Positions 39,862 through 49,372 of a stretch of DNA of 64,000 bases are shown in pieces. The stretch covers positions 416,001 to 480,000 of the forward strand of contig CBDBCR010000003.1 in assembly GCA_965203465.1 (NCBI GenBank). The letters run 5' to 3'. Every line of letters begins with the position of its first letter. The first letter of the stretch is position 1. The stretch is from Nitrosopumilaceae archaeon (GTDB lineage Archaea > Thermoproteota > Nitrososphaeria > Nitrososphaerales > Nitrosopumilaceae). The translations under genes and the position numbers were made by a program. The notes under the pieces were generated by a model. It had not been told where the DNA came from, ran no database searches, and was given only the letters and a program-made list of their open reading frames with translations.

Positions 39862-41133
39862 TTAAAACCCGTCCGAAGGCGCGCCGCCGGGCAGCTCGTC
39901 GATGCGCGCCCCCAGGCCCCGCATCTGCTCGACGAACCCGGGCCACGAGACGGCCGCGGACTCTGGATCCGCCACCCGGAACCCGCCCACCCGCATGCCG
40001 GCCGCGCAGAACGCCATGAACAGGCGGTGGTCGCCGCGCGGATCGAGGTCTGCGCCGCGCAGCTCGCCGCTGCCGTCGAGCACCGCGCCGTCGGGCAGCT
40101 CTTGCGCCCGCACGCCGGCCTTTGCGAGCTCCGAGCATATCAGCGATATCCTGTCCGTCTCCTTGTGGCGCGCGTGGGCCACGCCGGTTATCCTCAGCGG
40201 CCCCGAGCACCCCACCGAGAGCGCCGCGAGGGGAGGAAGCAGGTCGGGTGATCCGGACAGGTCGAACTTGCCTCCGCTCAGCCTGCCGGGCGACTCTACT
40301 GTCACCGACGAGGAATCGGATCGCACGCGCGCGCCCATCCCCTCTAGCATGCCCAGAAACGCAGAGTCGCCCTGCGGCAGGCCGCCCCCGCGCGCCTCGA
40401 CCGTCGCGCCGCCGCACAGCGCGGCTGCCGCGAGCGCCAGCGCCATGGCAGAATAGTCCGACGGCACCTCAAAGTCCGCCGGCGCGTACCGGCCCGAGGC
40501 CCGGTACACGTCGCCGTCGGCCGAGGCCTCGGCGCCGAACCTGCGCATCACCGCCACGGTGGCCTCGACGTACGGCCGCGACACCAGGCCGGGGGCCCGC
40601 ACGGTTACGCCGCCGGCCGGCGGCGCGCACATCAGCAGCGATGTGACAAACTGGCTCGACACGTCCCCCGGCACGTCCACGGTGCCGGGCCGCAGCGGGC
40701 CCCTCACCGAGAACGGCGGCCTGCCCGAATCTGACTCGCACGAGGCGCCGAGCGAAGAGAGCGCATCGAGCAGCGGCCCCACCGGCCTGGAGCGCAGGCT
40801 CCCGTCGCCCGTAAGGACGGTCCGGGAGCCGGACAGGGCCGCCACGCCGGCTGCTATGCGGATGGTCGTGCCCGAGTTGCCCGCGTCTATGCGGGCGGGG
40901 CCGCGGGAATGGTCTATGGGGGAGCAGACGCGCACGTCCCCGTCCGATTCTACCGAGGCCCCCATGGCGCGGCACGCCTCGATGCTGGCGCGCGTGTCGG
41001 CCGAATGCAGCGGGCCGCGCACCCGCCCCCCGCCGGCCAGCGCCGCCGCGAAGACGGCCCTGTGCGTGTAGCTCTTGCTCGGGGGGCAGCGCGCCCTTCC
41101 CGACAGCTCGGAGCGCTCAACCCTGCACCACAT
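39862..41133 (-). CDS. aroA: 3-phosphoshikimate 1-carboxyvinyltransferase (EPSP synthase)
   Basis: PPSKSYTHR, GNSGTT.R, SSQFVTSLL, KETDRI, DHRL motifs. ATG at 41133. Confidence 0.93.
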   Translation of the reverse strand: MWCRVERSELSGRARCPPSKSYTHRAVFAAALAGGGRVRGPLHSADTRASIEACRAMGASVESDGDVRVCSPIDHSRGPARIDAGNSGTTIRIAAGVAALSGSRTVLTGDGSLRSRPVGPLLDALSSLGASCESDSGRPPFSVRGPLRPGTVDVPGDVSSQFVTSLLMCAPPAGGVTVRAPGLVSRPYVEATVAVMRRFGAEASADGDVYRASGRYAPADFEVPSDYSAMALALAAAALCGGATVEARGGGLPQGDSAFLGMLEGMGARVRSDSSSVTVESPGRLSGGKFDLSGSPDLLPPLAALSVGCSGPLRITGVAHARHKETDRISLICSELAKAGVRAQELPDGAVLDGSGELRGADLDPRGDHRLFMAFCAAGMRVGGFRVADPESAAVSWPGFVEQMRGLGARIDELPGGAPSDGF

Positions 41134-41975
41134 GCGCGTCCGCCTTTTTGTTGCTGATGCCCGCCCTCTATCACGCGGCCGTCGTGCTCTTTGAGGAACT
41201 TCACCACGGCCGGCATGTCGGGCCTGCGCGCGACGGCGGCCACCGACGGCCCGTTGCCCGAGACCGACGCGGCTAGCGCGCCGCGCTCCATGAGGCCCGG
41301 CACGAGGCGCGGATCGGAGCCGAGCACGGCGGCGGCGGCCAGCCCGTTGATGGTCATGGCCTCCCAGTACCTGCCGTCCCGGGCCAGCTGCCATGCCGCG
41401 CCGAACGCGCCGCGCATCGACGAGAGCCGCCGCACGTTGCCCCGCCTGCGCGAGCGCGGCACGAATATGGCCACCGACGCGTCGCCCGAATACTCGCGGT
41501 GTAGCACGCGCCTCCTCTTGCGGTTGTCCGTCACGTTGAACCCCCCGTAGTAGCAGGCGCACGCGTCGTCGTAGGCGCCGGTGATGCTGACCTTGGCCTC
41601 GATCGAGGCCTCCACGCCGGCAAGCAGCACGTCCCTGTCGCCGGCCCCGTCGCCGGCCAGCCGCGAGCAGGCCATCGCGACCGCCGTCGATATGGCGCTG
41701 GAGCTCTTTAGGCCGTAGCCGGTCGGTATCGAGCTTTCCAGCGATACCACTATGCGCCTGCGCGAGAGCATGCGGCGGGGCACGGAGCGGCGCACCGTCG
41801 CGTTGACCAGCCGCGAGCTGGGCGTGCCGCCGCGGTGGCGCAGGACCACGCCCCTGCCCGGCGCGTCCTCGACGGTCACGCTCACCTGCATGTCGGTGCC
41901 CAGCGTGGCGCCCTTGCCGTTGGCGATGGCGTTGACTATCGAGACGGCCCCGTGGACGGTCGCTTTCGCCTTCAA
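41117..41975 (-). CDS. aroK: Archaeal (GHMP) shikimate kinase, apparent +1 frameshift near the C-terminus (~41165)
   Basis: GAVSIVNAIA, IP.GYGLKSSSA, TGAYDDA, SGNGPS. Removing one G gives ...GRVIEAGISNKKADAHVVQG* ending over the aroA start. Confidence 0.85.
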
Positions 41976-42779
41976 GGCCCCACCAGCGCCTTTTTCATGT
42001 GGGCGCGCGCATCGTCCCTACCGTGCCATATCTGAAACGAGCGCACCGCCTGCGGCCAGCAGCATCTCGTGTCCGTATACGGGCTCGGCGCCGGCCCCGC
42101 GCGCGGCCCGCAGCAGCTGCGTGCGGGCAGGAGAGTACACCATGTCGTATACGGTCATCCCGGAGGTCAGCCCGCCGGTCTTGACGGCCGGCGGCCCGCC
42201 CCCCGCGCCGGCCGGCGTGGCGTTGACCACCAGGTCGTGCCCCGAGACGTCGGGCATGGGCCCGGCCGCCTCTGCCTCCTGGCCGAGCCTGCCGGCGAAC
42301 CTTGCCATGTCCCTGCCGTTCTGCGCGCTGCGCGACGATATGGTTATCCTGCCCGCGCCCTCTTTTGCGAGGCCGGCGACTGCCGCGCGCGCGGCCCCGC
42401 CGGTGCCGACCACGAGCGCCGACGTTCCGCCCAGATCCAGGCCGCGCGAGAGCAGCGGCTCCAGAAACCCGTCCATGTCGGTGTTGTAGCCGCGCATCGT
42501 GCCTTCCGTATCCGAGACGGTGTTGGCCGCCCCTATCAGGCTGCACGCCTCGTCGGTCTTGTCCAGGTATTCCATGATGCCGACCTTGTGCGGTATGGTC
42601 ACGTTGTAGCCGGCTATGCGCGCCTCGCGCAGCGCCGGGACGGCCTCGTCGAGGCCGCCGGGCGGCACGCGGTAGGCGATGTACGCAGAATCCATGCCCA
42701 GCTCGCGGAACGCGGCGTTGTGCATGGCCGGCGAGAGCGACCGGCCGACCGGATCGCCGATGAGCGCGTACGTTGCCAC
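41972..42779 (-). CDS. aroE: Shikimate dehydrogenase, apparent +1 frameshift at ~42053
   Basis: SLSPAMHN, NVTIPHK, GAANT, NTD..GF, GTGGAARA, NATP. The shifted frame continues MLLA-QAVRSFQIWHG...MKKALVGP* with a TTGA overlap on the aroK start. Confidence 0.88.
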
Positions 42780-43009
42780 GTGCCGCGCGCCGTCCGGGCC
42801 GATTTAAAAAGCATTCAGAAAGTCCCCGGTCTGGCGTCGTTTTTTGCCCGTCCGAGGGCCCGGTTTGCGCCTCGGCGGCGCGCCTGATTCCGGTTCAGCG
42901 CGCGCACGTTCCACGTTGCCGCTAGCAGCGCGCCGGGCCTCTCCCGGGCCCCTTTTTCCCGTACCTGCAGAGCAGCCGGTGATCGCTCTGCGCCGGAAGC
43001 GCTTGCCGG

Positions 43010-43511
43010 CGTTGCGCCTGTTGCCGCGGTTCTCCCCGCTCTGCTCTATGTTGGGCGCATGCCGGTGTCCAAGACGGCCTTGCGGTTCCGATCCGAGCCG
43101 TATTCCCTGTCGGCGTGCAGCCGCCGTACGGCGAAACTTGCGCCCCGTCTTGATTTTTTCAAGCGAGGGCGGCATGCCGGTGTCGGCCACGTTGCTCGGC
43201 GTCACGGCGCATGCGTGGATCACCTGCCTCAGTCTCTTGCGCGCGGGCTCGGGCGGCGGTTCTTTCCTCGCCATGTATTTGCAGCCGATGACGGAATCTT
43301 TTTCCGAGGCGCGCGCTACGCGGCACCCGACCCGGTAGCCGTCTTGCCGTTGGTGCTTCAGTTGCAGGATAGCGCTGGCCGCGATCAGTAAGCGCGGCGG
43401 TTGGAATAAATCGGCCGTTTGCCGAAAAAAACCGAGCCGCCGGCCCCCGTAGGCGCCAGGCCTCGGATGCGCCCAAATCCGCCATTCCGGGGAATTGCGC
43501 AACGGCCCCGG
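43010..43511 (-). pseudogene. Decayed IS4/IS5-type (DDE_Tnp_1-like) transposase fragment with its upstream terminal repeat
   Basis: Frameshifted pieces VIHACAVTPSNVAD and LHADREYGSDRNRKAVLDTGMRPN (ADKGYDS-like). Terminus GGGGCCGTTGCGCAATTC at 43510-43492 shared with the element at 44579-44808. The left boundary is approximate. Confidence 0.65.
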
Positions 43512-43570
43512 AGCGCCCGGGGGCGCGCCGCGGGGCAAGGAATTTAACCGCCCCATCTGCACGTCAGCCT

Positions 43571-44074
43571 ATGAGCGCCACGCTTGCGGCCGAAACGCCC
43601 GTGCTACCCCGGTTCATAAAGTACCTGGAAAGGGAGAACTTGGCCGAGTTCGACATACTCGGGGACGGCGATTCCTGCTTGTGGAACTGGTTCAAGATCC
43701 AAAAGTACGCGTTTCTCGCAAAGCGCTTCGGGCTGGACTTGCCGTACGAGCACGACATTTGCCTGTGGGGGCCGTATTCCCAGATCATGGGGGACGAGTG
43801 CTGGGACTTGGCGGAAAACAGGGATCGGTACGACGGGGCCCGGCCAGAGCTGCCGCAAGAGTTCCGCAACGACGAGTTCCTCGACTTCGTCCGGGGCAGG
43901 AGCAACGACTGGCTACAGATAGCCACCACGCTGCTGGATATGAGGGAATACATCTCGAAAAGGGACGATCTCGTGGAAAACACCGAAAGTATCAACATGG
44001 GCATCACGCGGGAATTCGTAGACGGCACCCTGCGCGACTTGGAAAGCGCTAACTTGATCGAATGTAGCCAATGA
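43571..44074 (+). CDS. Panacea/SocA (DUF4065/YwgA)-like putative antitoxin
   Basis: KIQKYAFLA ... WGPYS ... WLQIATTL pattern. TTTAAC 28 nt upstream. Confidence 0.6.
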   Translation: MSATLAAETPVLPRFIKYLERENLAEFDILGDGDSCLWNWFKIQKYAFLAKRFGLDLPYEHDICLWGPYSQIMGDECWDLAENRDRYDGARPELPQEFRNDEFLDFVRGRSNDWLQIATTLLDMREYISKRDDLVENTESINMGITREFVDGTLRDLESANLIECSQ

Positions 44075-44537
44075 TCTGTAATTTTTCGTTACGAAGGCCT
44101 CTAGATCTAAGTTTTTGTTCGTGTTCTTTAATCACCTTGCTGTAAAGCATTTTTGTGTCTTTCGTAAAGAGGAATTTCGAATAGGGATCTGCCATCATCT
44201 GGGCCAGTATCATGGTGTCCGTGGCGTCGAGGCGCTCGTCCCTCTTCCTCAGATCCTCCATGATCGCGAACGCCCCCTTGGGCGCCGGAGGCAGGGATCT
44301 GCGCGCGTCGATCCCGTACTTTTGGAGCGTGCGGTCGAGTTTGTCCAGCATGCCTTCGTGCCCGTCCCGCGCGAGTATCTTGGAGACGGTCTCGCCCAGG
44401 ACCGTCTGAGGCACGAGTACCTCGAAACCGCCCCTGCTTAGCGTGTACAAGAGGTGCTCGGCAGCCGCTTTATTGTGTCTCCCAAACACCACGGCCAGCA
44501 AATAGTACGAGTCAAGGTACGCGCGGGAGGTTCCCAT
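44049..44537 (-). CDS. PIN-domain ribonuclease
   Basis: YLDSYYLL, PQTVLGE, LDATDTMI, FTKD acidic catalytic pattern. TTAAAAA 28 nt upstream. Confidence 0.8.
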   Translation of the reverse strand: MGTSRAYLDSYYLLAVVFGRHNKAAAEHLLYTLSRGGFEVLVPQTVLGETVSKILARDGHEGMLDKLDRTLQKYGIDARRSLPPAPKGAFAIMEDLRKRDERLDATDTMILAQMMADPYSKFLFTKDTKMLYSKVIKEHEQKLRSRGLRNEKLQIIGYIRSS

Positions 44538-44578
44538 GCGGAGCGCCCACAGGTTCTGTTTTTAACGGTATCTGCTGA

Positions 44579-44808
44579 CGGGGCTGTTGCAGGATTCCCC
44601 CGTGAATCGTCTGGCGAGTGCTGTCGTTTTCCGGTTTCGGCGGCAAGTGCGGGGACGGATTCTAGAGGCATGGTTCCGGCCAGTCCGGGCCCAGCGTCTT
44701 GCAGTCTGCGCAGCTGCCGGCACAGCGGCCGTTTGCGCGGCGCGCCGGATCCGGCTCGTCCTTCAGACGCGCCCAAATACGTCACCGGAGAATTGCGCAA
44801 CGGCCCCG
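44579..44808. mobile_element. 230-bp MITE with imperfect 27-bp terminal inverted repeats (same family as the 43010-43511 IS remnant)
   Basis: CGGGGCTGTTGCAGGATTCCCCCGTGA (from 44579) vs reverse complement CGGGGCCGTTGCGCAATTCTCCGGTGA (from 44808). About 50 bp of similarity to 43460-43511. Confidence 0.65.
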
Positions 44809-44922
44809 GCTCGCCCTCCGCCCGGCGCGCGCCCTGACCTGAACCCGCGCTCGCGCGTCCGGGGCGGCAAGTCCGCCGCGCGCGCTCAACGGTTTTATAG
44901 ACACGCGCCGGCCCCGCCCGCG

Positions 44923-46161
44923 TTGAGCAGGGTAAAGGACGGCAGGCTCGCCCCGAAGGGCAGGCTGGCCTACGAGTGGGCGCGCTCGCACATGGAGATA
45001 CTGGACAACACGATATCCCGCCTGAAACCCAAAAAGCCCCTAAAGGGGGTCACGCTCGGCTTTTGCCTGCACGTGACGAAAGAGACGTCCGTGCTGCTGA
45101 TGGGCGCGCGCGAGCTCGGCGCCGAGGTGGCCGCGTGCGGCGGCAACCCGCTGACCACGCAGGACGACGTGGCCGCCTTTCTTGCGTCCCAAAAGATACA
45201 CACGTACGCCTGGTCGGGCCAGAGCGCCAAAGACTACGACTGGTGCATATCGCAGGTGCTCGGGCACCGCCCGTCCATACTGACCGACGACGGGGCCGAC
45301 ATGAACGTAAAGGCGCACTTTGACAAGAGATTCTCAAAGCTTCCCGTCATGGGCGCCACCGAGGAGACCACCGCGGGGGTCACCCGCATACGCGCCATCG
45401 AAAAGCAGGGCCGCCTGCGCTACCCCGTGATACTGGTCAACGACGCGCACACCAAGCACATGTTCGACAACAGGTACGGCACCGGTCAGAGCACCATCGA
45501 CGGGTTTTTGCGCGCCACCAACCTGCTCATAGCCGCAAAGCGCGTGGTCGTCGCCGGCTACGGGTGGGTGGGCAAGGGCGTGGCCTCGAGGTTCGCCGGC
45601 ATGGGCGCGCGCGTCTGCGTCACCGAGGTGGATCCGGTCAGGGCGCTCGAGGCCCACATGGACGGCTACGAAGTGCTCCCCATGTCGCGCGCGTGCAGGA
45701 CGGGCCAGATGTTCGTCACCTGCACGGGCATGGCCGGCGTCGTACGCAGGGAGCACATGGAGGCCATGCCCGACGGGGCCATACTCGGCAACGTCGGGCA
45801 CTTTGACGTCGAGATAGACACCGACTTCCTGCTCAAAAAGTCAAAGTCAGTCAGGGAGGTGCGCCCCAACCTGGACGAGTGCGTGCTGCGCGGCGGGAAA
45901 AAGATCTACCTGGTCGGCAAGGGCAGGCTGGCCAACCTGGTCGCCGCCGAGGGCCACCCGCCCGAGGTCATGGCCCAGTCGTTCTCCAACCAGCTGCTCT
46001 CGATACTGTACATCCTCAAGAACCACAAAAAGATGCCCAACAAGACCGTGCCGGTCCCCGAGCAGATCGACGTCCAGGTGGCCAGGGACGCGCTGGCGGC
46101 CATGGAGATAAGGATAGACCGCCTGTCCGCCGAGCAGAAAAGGTACGCCTCGAGCTGGTAG
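44923..46161 (+). CDS. ahcY: S-adenosylhomocysteine hydrolase
   Basis: CLHVTKET, NPLTTQDD, TEETTAG, KHMFDNRYGTGQS, GYGWVGKG, NL..AEGHP. TTG 44923 lies 30 nt after TTTTATA. Confidence 0.96.
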   Translation: MSRVKDGRLAPKGRLAYEWARSHMEILDNTISRLKPKKPLKGVTLGFCLHVTKETSVLLMGARELGAEVAACGGNPLTTQDDVAAFLASQKIHTYAWSGQSAKDYDWCISQVLGHRPSILTDDGADMNVKAHFDKRFSKLPVMGATEETTAGVTRIRAIEKQGRLRYPVILVNDAHTKHMFDNRYGTGQSTIDGFLRATNLLIAAKRVVVAGYGWVGKGVASRFAGMGARVCVTEVDPVRALEAHMDGYEVLPMSRACRTGQMFVTCTGMAGVVRREHMEAMPDGAILGNVGHFDVEIDTDFLLKKSKSVREVRPNLDECVLRGGKKIYLVGKGRLANLVAAEGHPPEVMAQSFSNQLLSILYILKNHKKMPNKTVPVPEQIDVQVARDALAAMEIRIDRLSAEQKRYASSW

Positions 46162-46163
46162 GC

Positions 46164-46244
46164 TCAGCCGTACATCATCGGCTCTTCGGTCTCAAAGTCG
46201 CGGATCAGCCGGTACCCCCGGCGCTTGGGCTCGACGTATGCCAC
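46164..46244 (-). CDS. Small 26-aa protein MAYVEPKRRGYRLIRDFETEEPMMYG
   Basis: GTG 46244 lies 31 nt after TTTAATA (46275-46269). Fills the ahcY-regulator gap with host-like codons. Below the ORF-track length cutoff. Confidence 0.6.
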   Translation of the reverse strand: MAYVEPKRRGYRLIRDFETEEPMMYG

Positions 46245-46299
46245 GGATACGGGAGGCCGCGCGCAAGGTATTAAACACCATCAGCTTACTATGCTTACT

Positions 46300-47046
46300 G
46301 TGAATAACGAAAATCTGCGCGTCCACGTGGCCCCCATAGGCTTCGAGATAGACCGCGTCGTCATGCCCGCATCGGAGCGCAGGGCCGACAGGGTCTGGCT
46401 TTTGGTGCACGACAACCCCGCCGAGGACAGGGCGCTGGGCTTTGTGGAAGAGGTGCGCGCCGGCCTCGAAGAGGCAAAGATAGAGGTCAGGACCGAGAGC
46501 CACGACCGCCTCGACCTGTTCGGGATAATCCGGGCCGTAAAGAACGTCATAGGCGAGGAGCGCGGCAACCACGTCTACGTGAACCTGGCCTCGGGCTCCA
46601 AGATACAGGCCATAGGGTGCATGATGGCCTGCATGATGTTCAACTCGGGCCGCAACGTGTACCCGTTCTACGCGGAAGCCGAGACGTACCACGGTAGCGG
46701 CGCCATATCGAGCGGCATCCGGGAGATAAAGGATCTGCCCTCCTACGAGATACGCGTACCCGACGCCCGCCTCGTCTCGGCCCTGGAGCGCATCATCGAA
46801 TCGGGCGGGCGCATGACCAAGAAGGACCTGGCCGCGTCGGCCGAGGATGCGGGCCTGATCAAGGTCAACTCCGAAAAAAACGCGCCGCAGGCCAGGTTCG
46901 CGAGCCTCGACAAGAACATCATACAGCCGCTGCTCGGGTGGGGGTTCGTCGAGGTCGAAAAGGTCGGCAGGACCAGGTACGTCTCGGCCACGGGGTACGG
47001 GCGCGGCGCGGCGGCGTTCCTTTCGGGCCGGGCCCAAGGTTCTTAA
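46300..47046 (+). CDS. DUF6293/HFX_2341-type regulator (Rossmann/CARF-like N-domain + winged HTH)
   Basis: RVHVAPIGFEIDRV, ADRVWLL, VYVNLASGSKI, C-terminal wHTH (KKDLA ... EKVGRTRYV). Start GTG 46300 or ATG 46291. Confidence 0.75.
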   Translation: MNNENLRVHVAPIGFEIDRVVMPASERRADRVWLLVHDNPAEDRALGFVEEVRAGLEEAKIEVRTESHDRLDLFGIIRAVKNVIGEERGNHVYVNLASGSKIQAIGCMMACMMFNSGRNVYPFYAEAETYHGSGAISSGIREIKDLPSYEIRVPDARLVSALERIIESGGRMTKKDLAASAEDAGLIKVNSEKNAPQARFASLDKNIIQPLLGWGFVEVEKVGRTRYVSATGYGRGAAAFLSGRAQGS

Positions 47047-47069
47047 CGGAGCGGCCGGATTCGCGCGCC

Positions 47070-48668
47070 GTGGACAGGGCGATAATAACCAGCGCGCTGC
47101 CGTACGCCAACGGCGAGATACACCTGGGGCACGTGGCCTCGACGTACCTGCCGGCCGACGTGACCGCCAGGTTTCTGCGCCAGCGCGGCGCCGAGGCATA
47201 CCACGTCTGCGCCTCGGACGACTTTGGCACGCCCATACTGGTGCAGGCCGAAAAGGAGGGCAAGAGCCCACAAGAGTACGTGGCCCACTGGAACAGGCGC
47301 GACAGGGAGGACTTTGAATCCCTGGGCATAAGGTTCGACGCGTTCTCCGGGACCAGCTCTGCAAGGAACGTGAGGTTCGTCCAGGAGGTGTACGAAAAGC
47401 TGAAGAAAGCCGGCCACATCTACGAAAAGAGCGTCGTGCGCCCGTACTGCGAGAGGGACGGAAAGTTCCTGCCCGACAGGTACGTGAAAGGGACGTGCCC
47501 CTCGTGCGGGGCCGCCGACCAGTACTCGGACCTGTGCGAGAGCTGCGGCACCGTGCCAGAAAGGATACTGGACCCGCGCTGCGCCATATGCGGCGCCGAG
47601 CCGGTCCGGCGTTCGACCGAGCACAAGTTCTTCAGGCTGAGCGACTTTTCGGGCAGGCTCAAGGAGTGGCTCGACGGGGCGCCCCTGCAGGAGGACGTCA
47701 AGAGGTACGTCTCGGGGTGGATAGAAAAGGGCCTCGAGGACTGGGACATCACGCGCGACATATCGTGGGGCGTGCCGGTGCCCGACTCGGAGGGCAGCGT
47801 CTTTTACGGCTGGTTCGACAACCACCTCGCGTACATTTCGGCGGCCACCGGCATGCTCGAGCAGAGGGGCATCGACGGCAGGGAGTTCTGGAACTCGTCG
47901 CGCATATACCACTTTATCGGCAAGGACATCGCCTACCACCACTACCTGCTGGTGCCGGCCGTGCGCATGGGCATCGGAAAAGAGTACAAGCTGCCCGACC
48001 GGATACCCACCCGGGGCCACCTGACCCTCGAGGGGCGCAAGATCTCCAAGAGCCGCGGCTGGTACATCGGCCTGCGGCAGTTCCTGTCGGAGTACAGGCC
48101 CGACTACCTGAGGTACTACCTGCTGGCCATAGGGCCGTACTCGCAGGACGACCTCAACTTCGACTGGGGCGACTTTGCGACCAGGGTCAACTCGGAGCTG
48201 ATAGGGAACTTCGGCAACCTGGTCAACCGCGCGCTGGGGTTCGCGTCAAAAAAGTTCGGCGGGGTGCCCGAGCCCGGAAAGTTCTCCGAGGAGGACGAGC
48301 GGGCGCGCGAGGCGGCCGCAGGGATGCCGGGCGCCGTCGGGGATCTCTTGGAGGCGGGCCACACCGACAGGGCCCTGCACAGGCTGATGGACTTTTCCTC
48401 GTCGGTCAACGGGTACTTTCAGCGCTGCGAGCCCTGGAAGGGCGGGCCCGAATCTGCCACGTGCGTGTACGTGGCGGTCAACTCGGTGCGCTCGCTGGCG
48501 GTGTGCGCAAACCCGTTCATCCCGCACTCGGCGCGCGCCGTCTGGGGGCAGCTCAACCTGGACGGATCCCCAGAGGCGCCGTGGGACGGGGCCGGCGGCT
48601 TCGCGGTCGGGGCCGGCCACCAGCTCGGCAGCGTGGCGCCGGTCTTCGAGCCGGTGGTGCCGAAATGA
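47070..48668 (+). CDS. metG: Methionine--tRNA ligase
   Basis: TSALPYANG.IHLGH, zinc knuckles, WDITRD..WG, FIGKDI, KISKS. Confidence 0.96.
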   Translation: MDRAIITSALPYANGEIHLGHVASTYLPADVTARFLRQRGAEAYHVCASDDFGTPILVQAEKEGKSPQEYVAHWNRRDREDFESLGIRFDAFSGTSSARNVRFVQEVYEKLKKAGHIYEKSVVRPYCERDGKFLPDRYVKGTCPSCGAADQYSDLCESCGTVPERILDPRCAICGAEPVRRSTEHKFFRLSDFSGRLKEWLDGAPLQEDVKRYVSGWIEKGLEDWDITRDISWGVPVPDSEGSVFYGWFDNHLAYISAATGMLEQRGIDGREFWNSSRIYHFIGKDIAYHHYLLVPAVRMGIGKEYKLPDRIPTRGHLTLEGRKISKSRGWYIGLRQFLSEYRPDYLRYYLLAIGPYSQDDLNFDWGDFATRVNSELIGNFGNLVNRALGFASKKFGGVPEPGKFSEEDERAREAAAGMPGAVGDLLEAGHTDRALHRLMDFSSSVNGYFQRCEPWKGGPESATCVYVAVNSVRSLAVCANPFIPHSARAVWGQLNLDGSPEAPWDGAGGFAVGAGHQLGSVAPVFEPVVPK

Positions 48669-49372
48669 GGCGCGTGCCGCGCGTCTCGACGCGCGGATTC
48701 TACGACCTGCGCACCGCCGGCGTGATCGAGCGCGGGTACCGCGCGTACCCGCGGTACTTTTTCGACGATCCCGGCCCCGAGATGGCCGTGATGATACACG
48801 GGATGCGCAACGACGCGCGCGGCGCGCTCAAAAAGTTCGAGAGCGCCGGCAGGATGCTCAAGCGCTGCGGGTACCGGCACGGCGCGGTCGGGTTCAGCTA
48901 CGACGCCGACGTGCCCGAGGGGCCCGGCCAGCTACGCGTGGCCCAAAAGATAGCCGCGCGCAACGGGACCAACCTGGCCCGCTTCGTGCTGGACATGCGC
49001 GGTAAGGGGGCGCGCGTGCGGCTGCTGGGCCACTCGCTAGGCTCGGTGGTGGCCCTCTCGGCGGTGCGCAGGCTGGGCAAGCTGGCGGGCGGGCGCGGCG
49101 CGCTGGAGTCGGTCCACCTGTTCGGCGCCTCGCTCGAGGCCGCCGAGGCGCGCGCGGCGTGCCCGGCGCTGCGGCGCGTGTGCAGGCGCGGGCTGATCAA
49201 CGTCTATTCCGCGTCGGATCCGGTCCTTGCCGAGGGGCTCGGGGCGGGCGAGCTTGAAATGCCCGTCGGGCTCCGGGCCTGCCGGCCCTGCCGGAACTGG
49301 ACCGACAGGAAGTCCAGGCCCGCGGGGCACAGGTTCGCCCAGTACGCGCGGGCCACGCGCAGGTACCCCTAG
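48665..49372 (+). CDS. Alpha/beta hydrolase-fold protein (DUF726/DUF900-like)
   Basis: IHG oxyanion motif, GHSLG nucleophile elbow, YSASD, C-terminal His. ATGA overlap with metG. Confidence 0.75.
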   Translation: MRRVPRVSTRGFYDLRTAGVIERGYRAYPRYFFDDPGPEMAVMIHGMRNDARGALKKFESAGRMLKRCGYRHGAVGFSYDADVPEGPGQLRVAQKIAARNGTNLARFVLDMRGKGARVRLLGHSLGSVVALSAVRRLGKLAGGRGALESVHLFGASLEAAEARAACPALRRVCRRGLINVYSASDPVLAEGLGAGELEMPVGLRACRPCRNWTDRKSRPAGHRFAQYARATRRYP

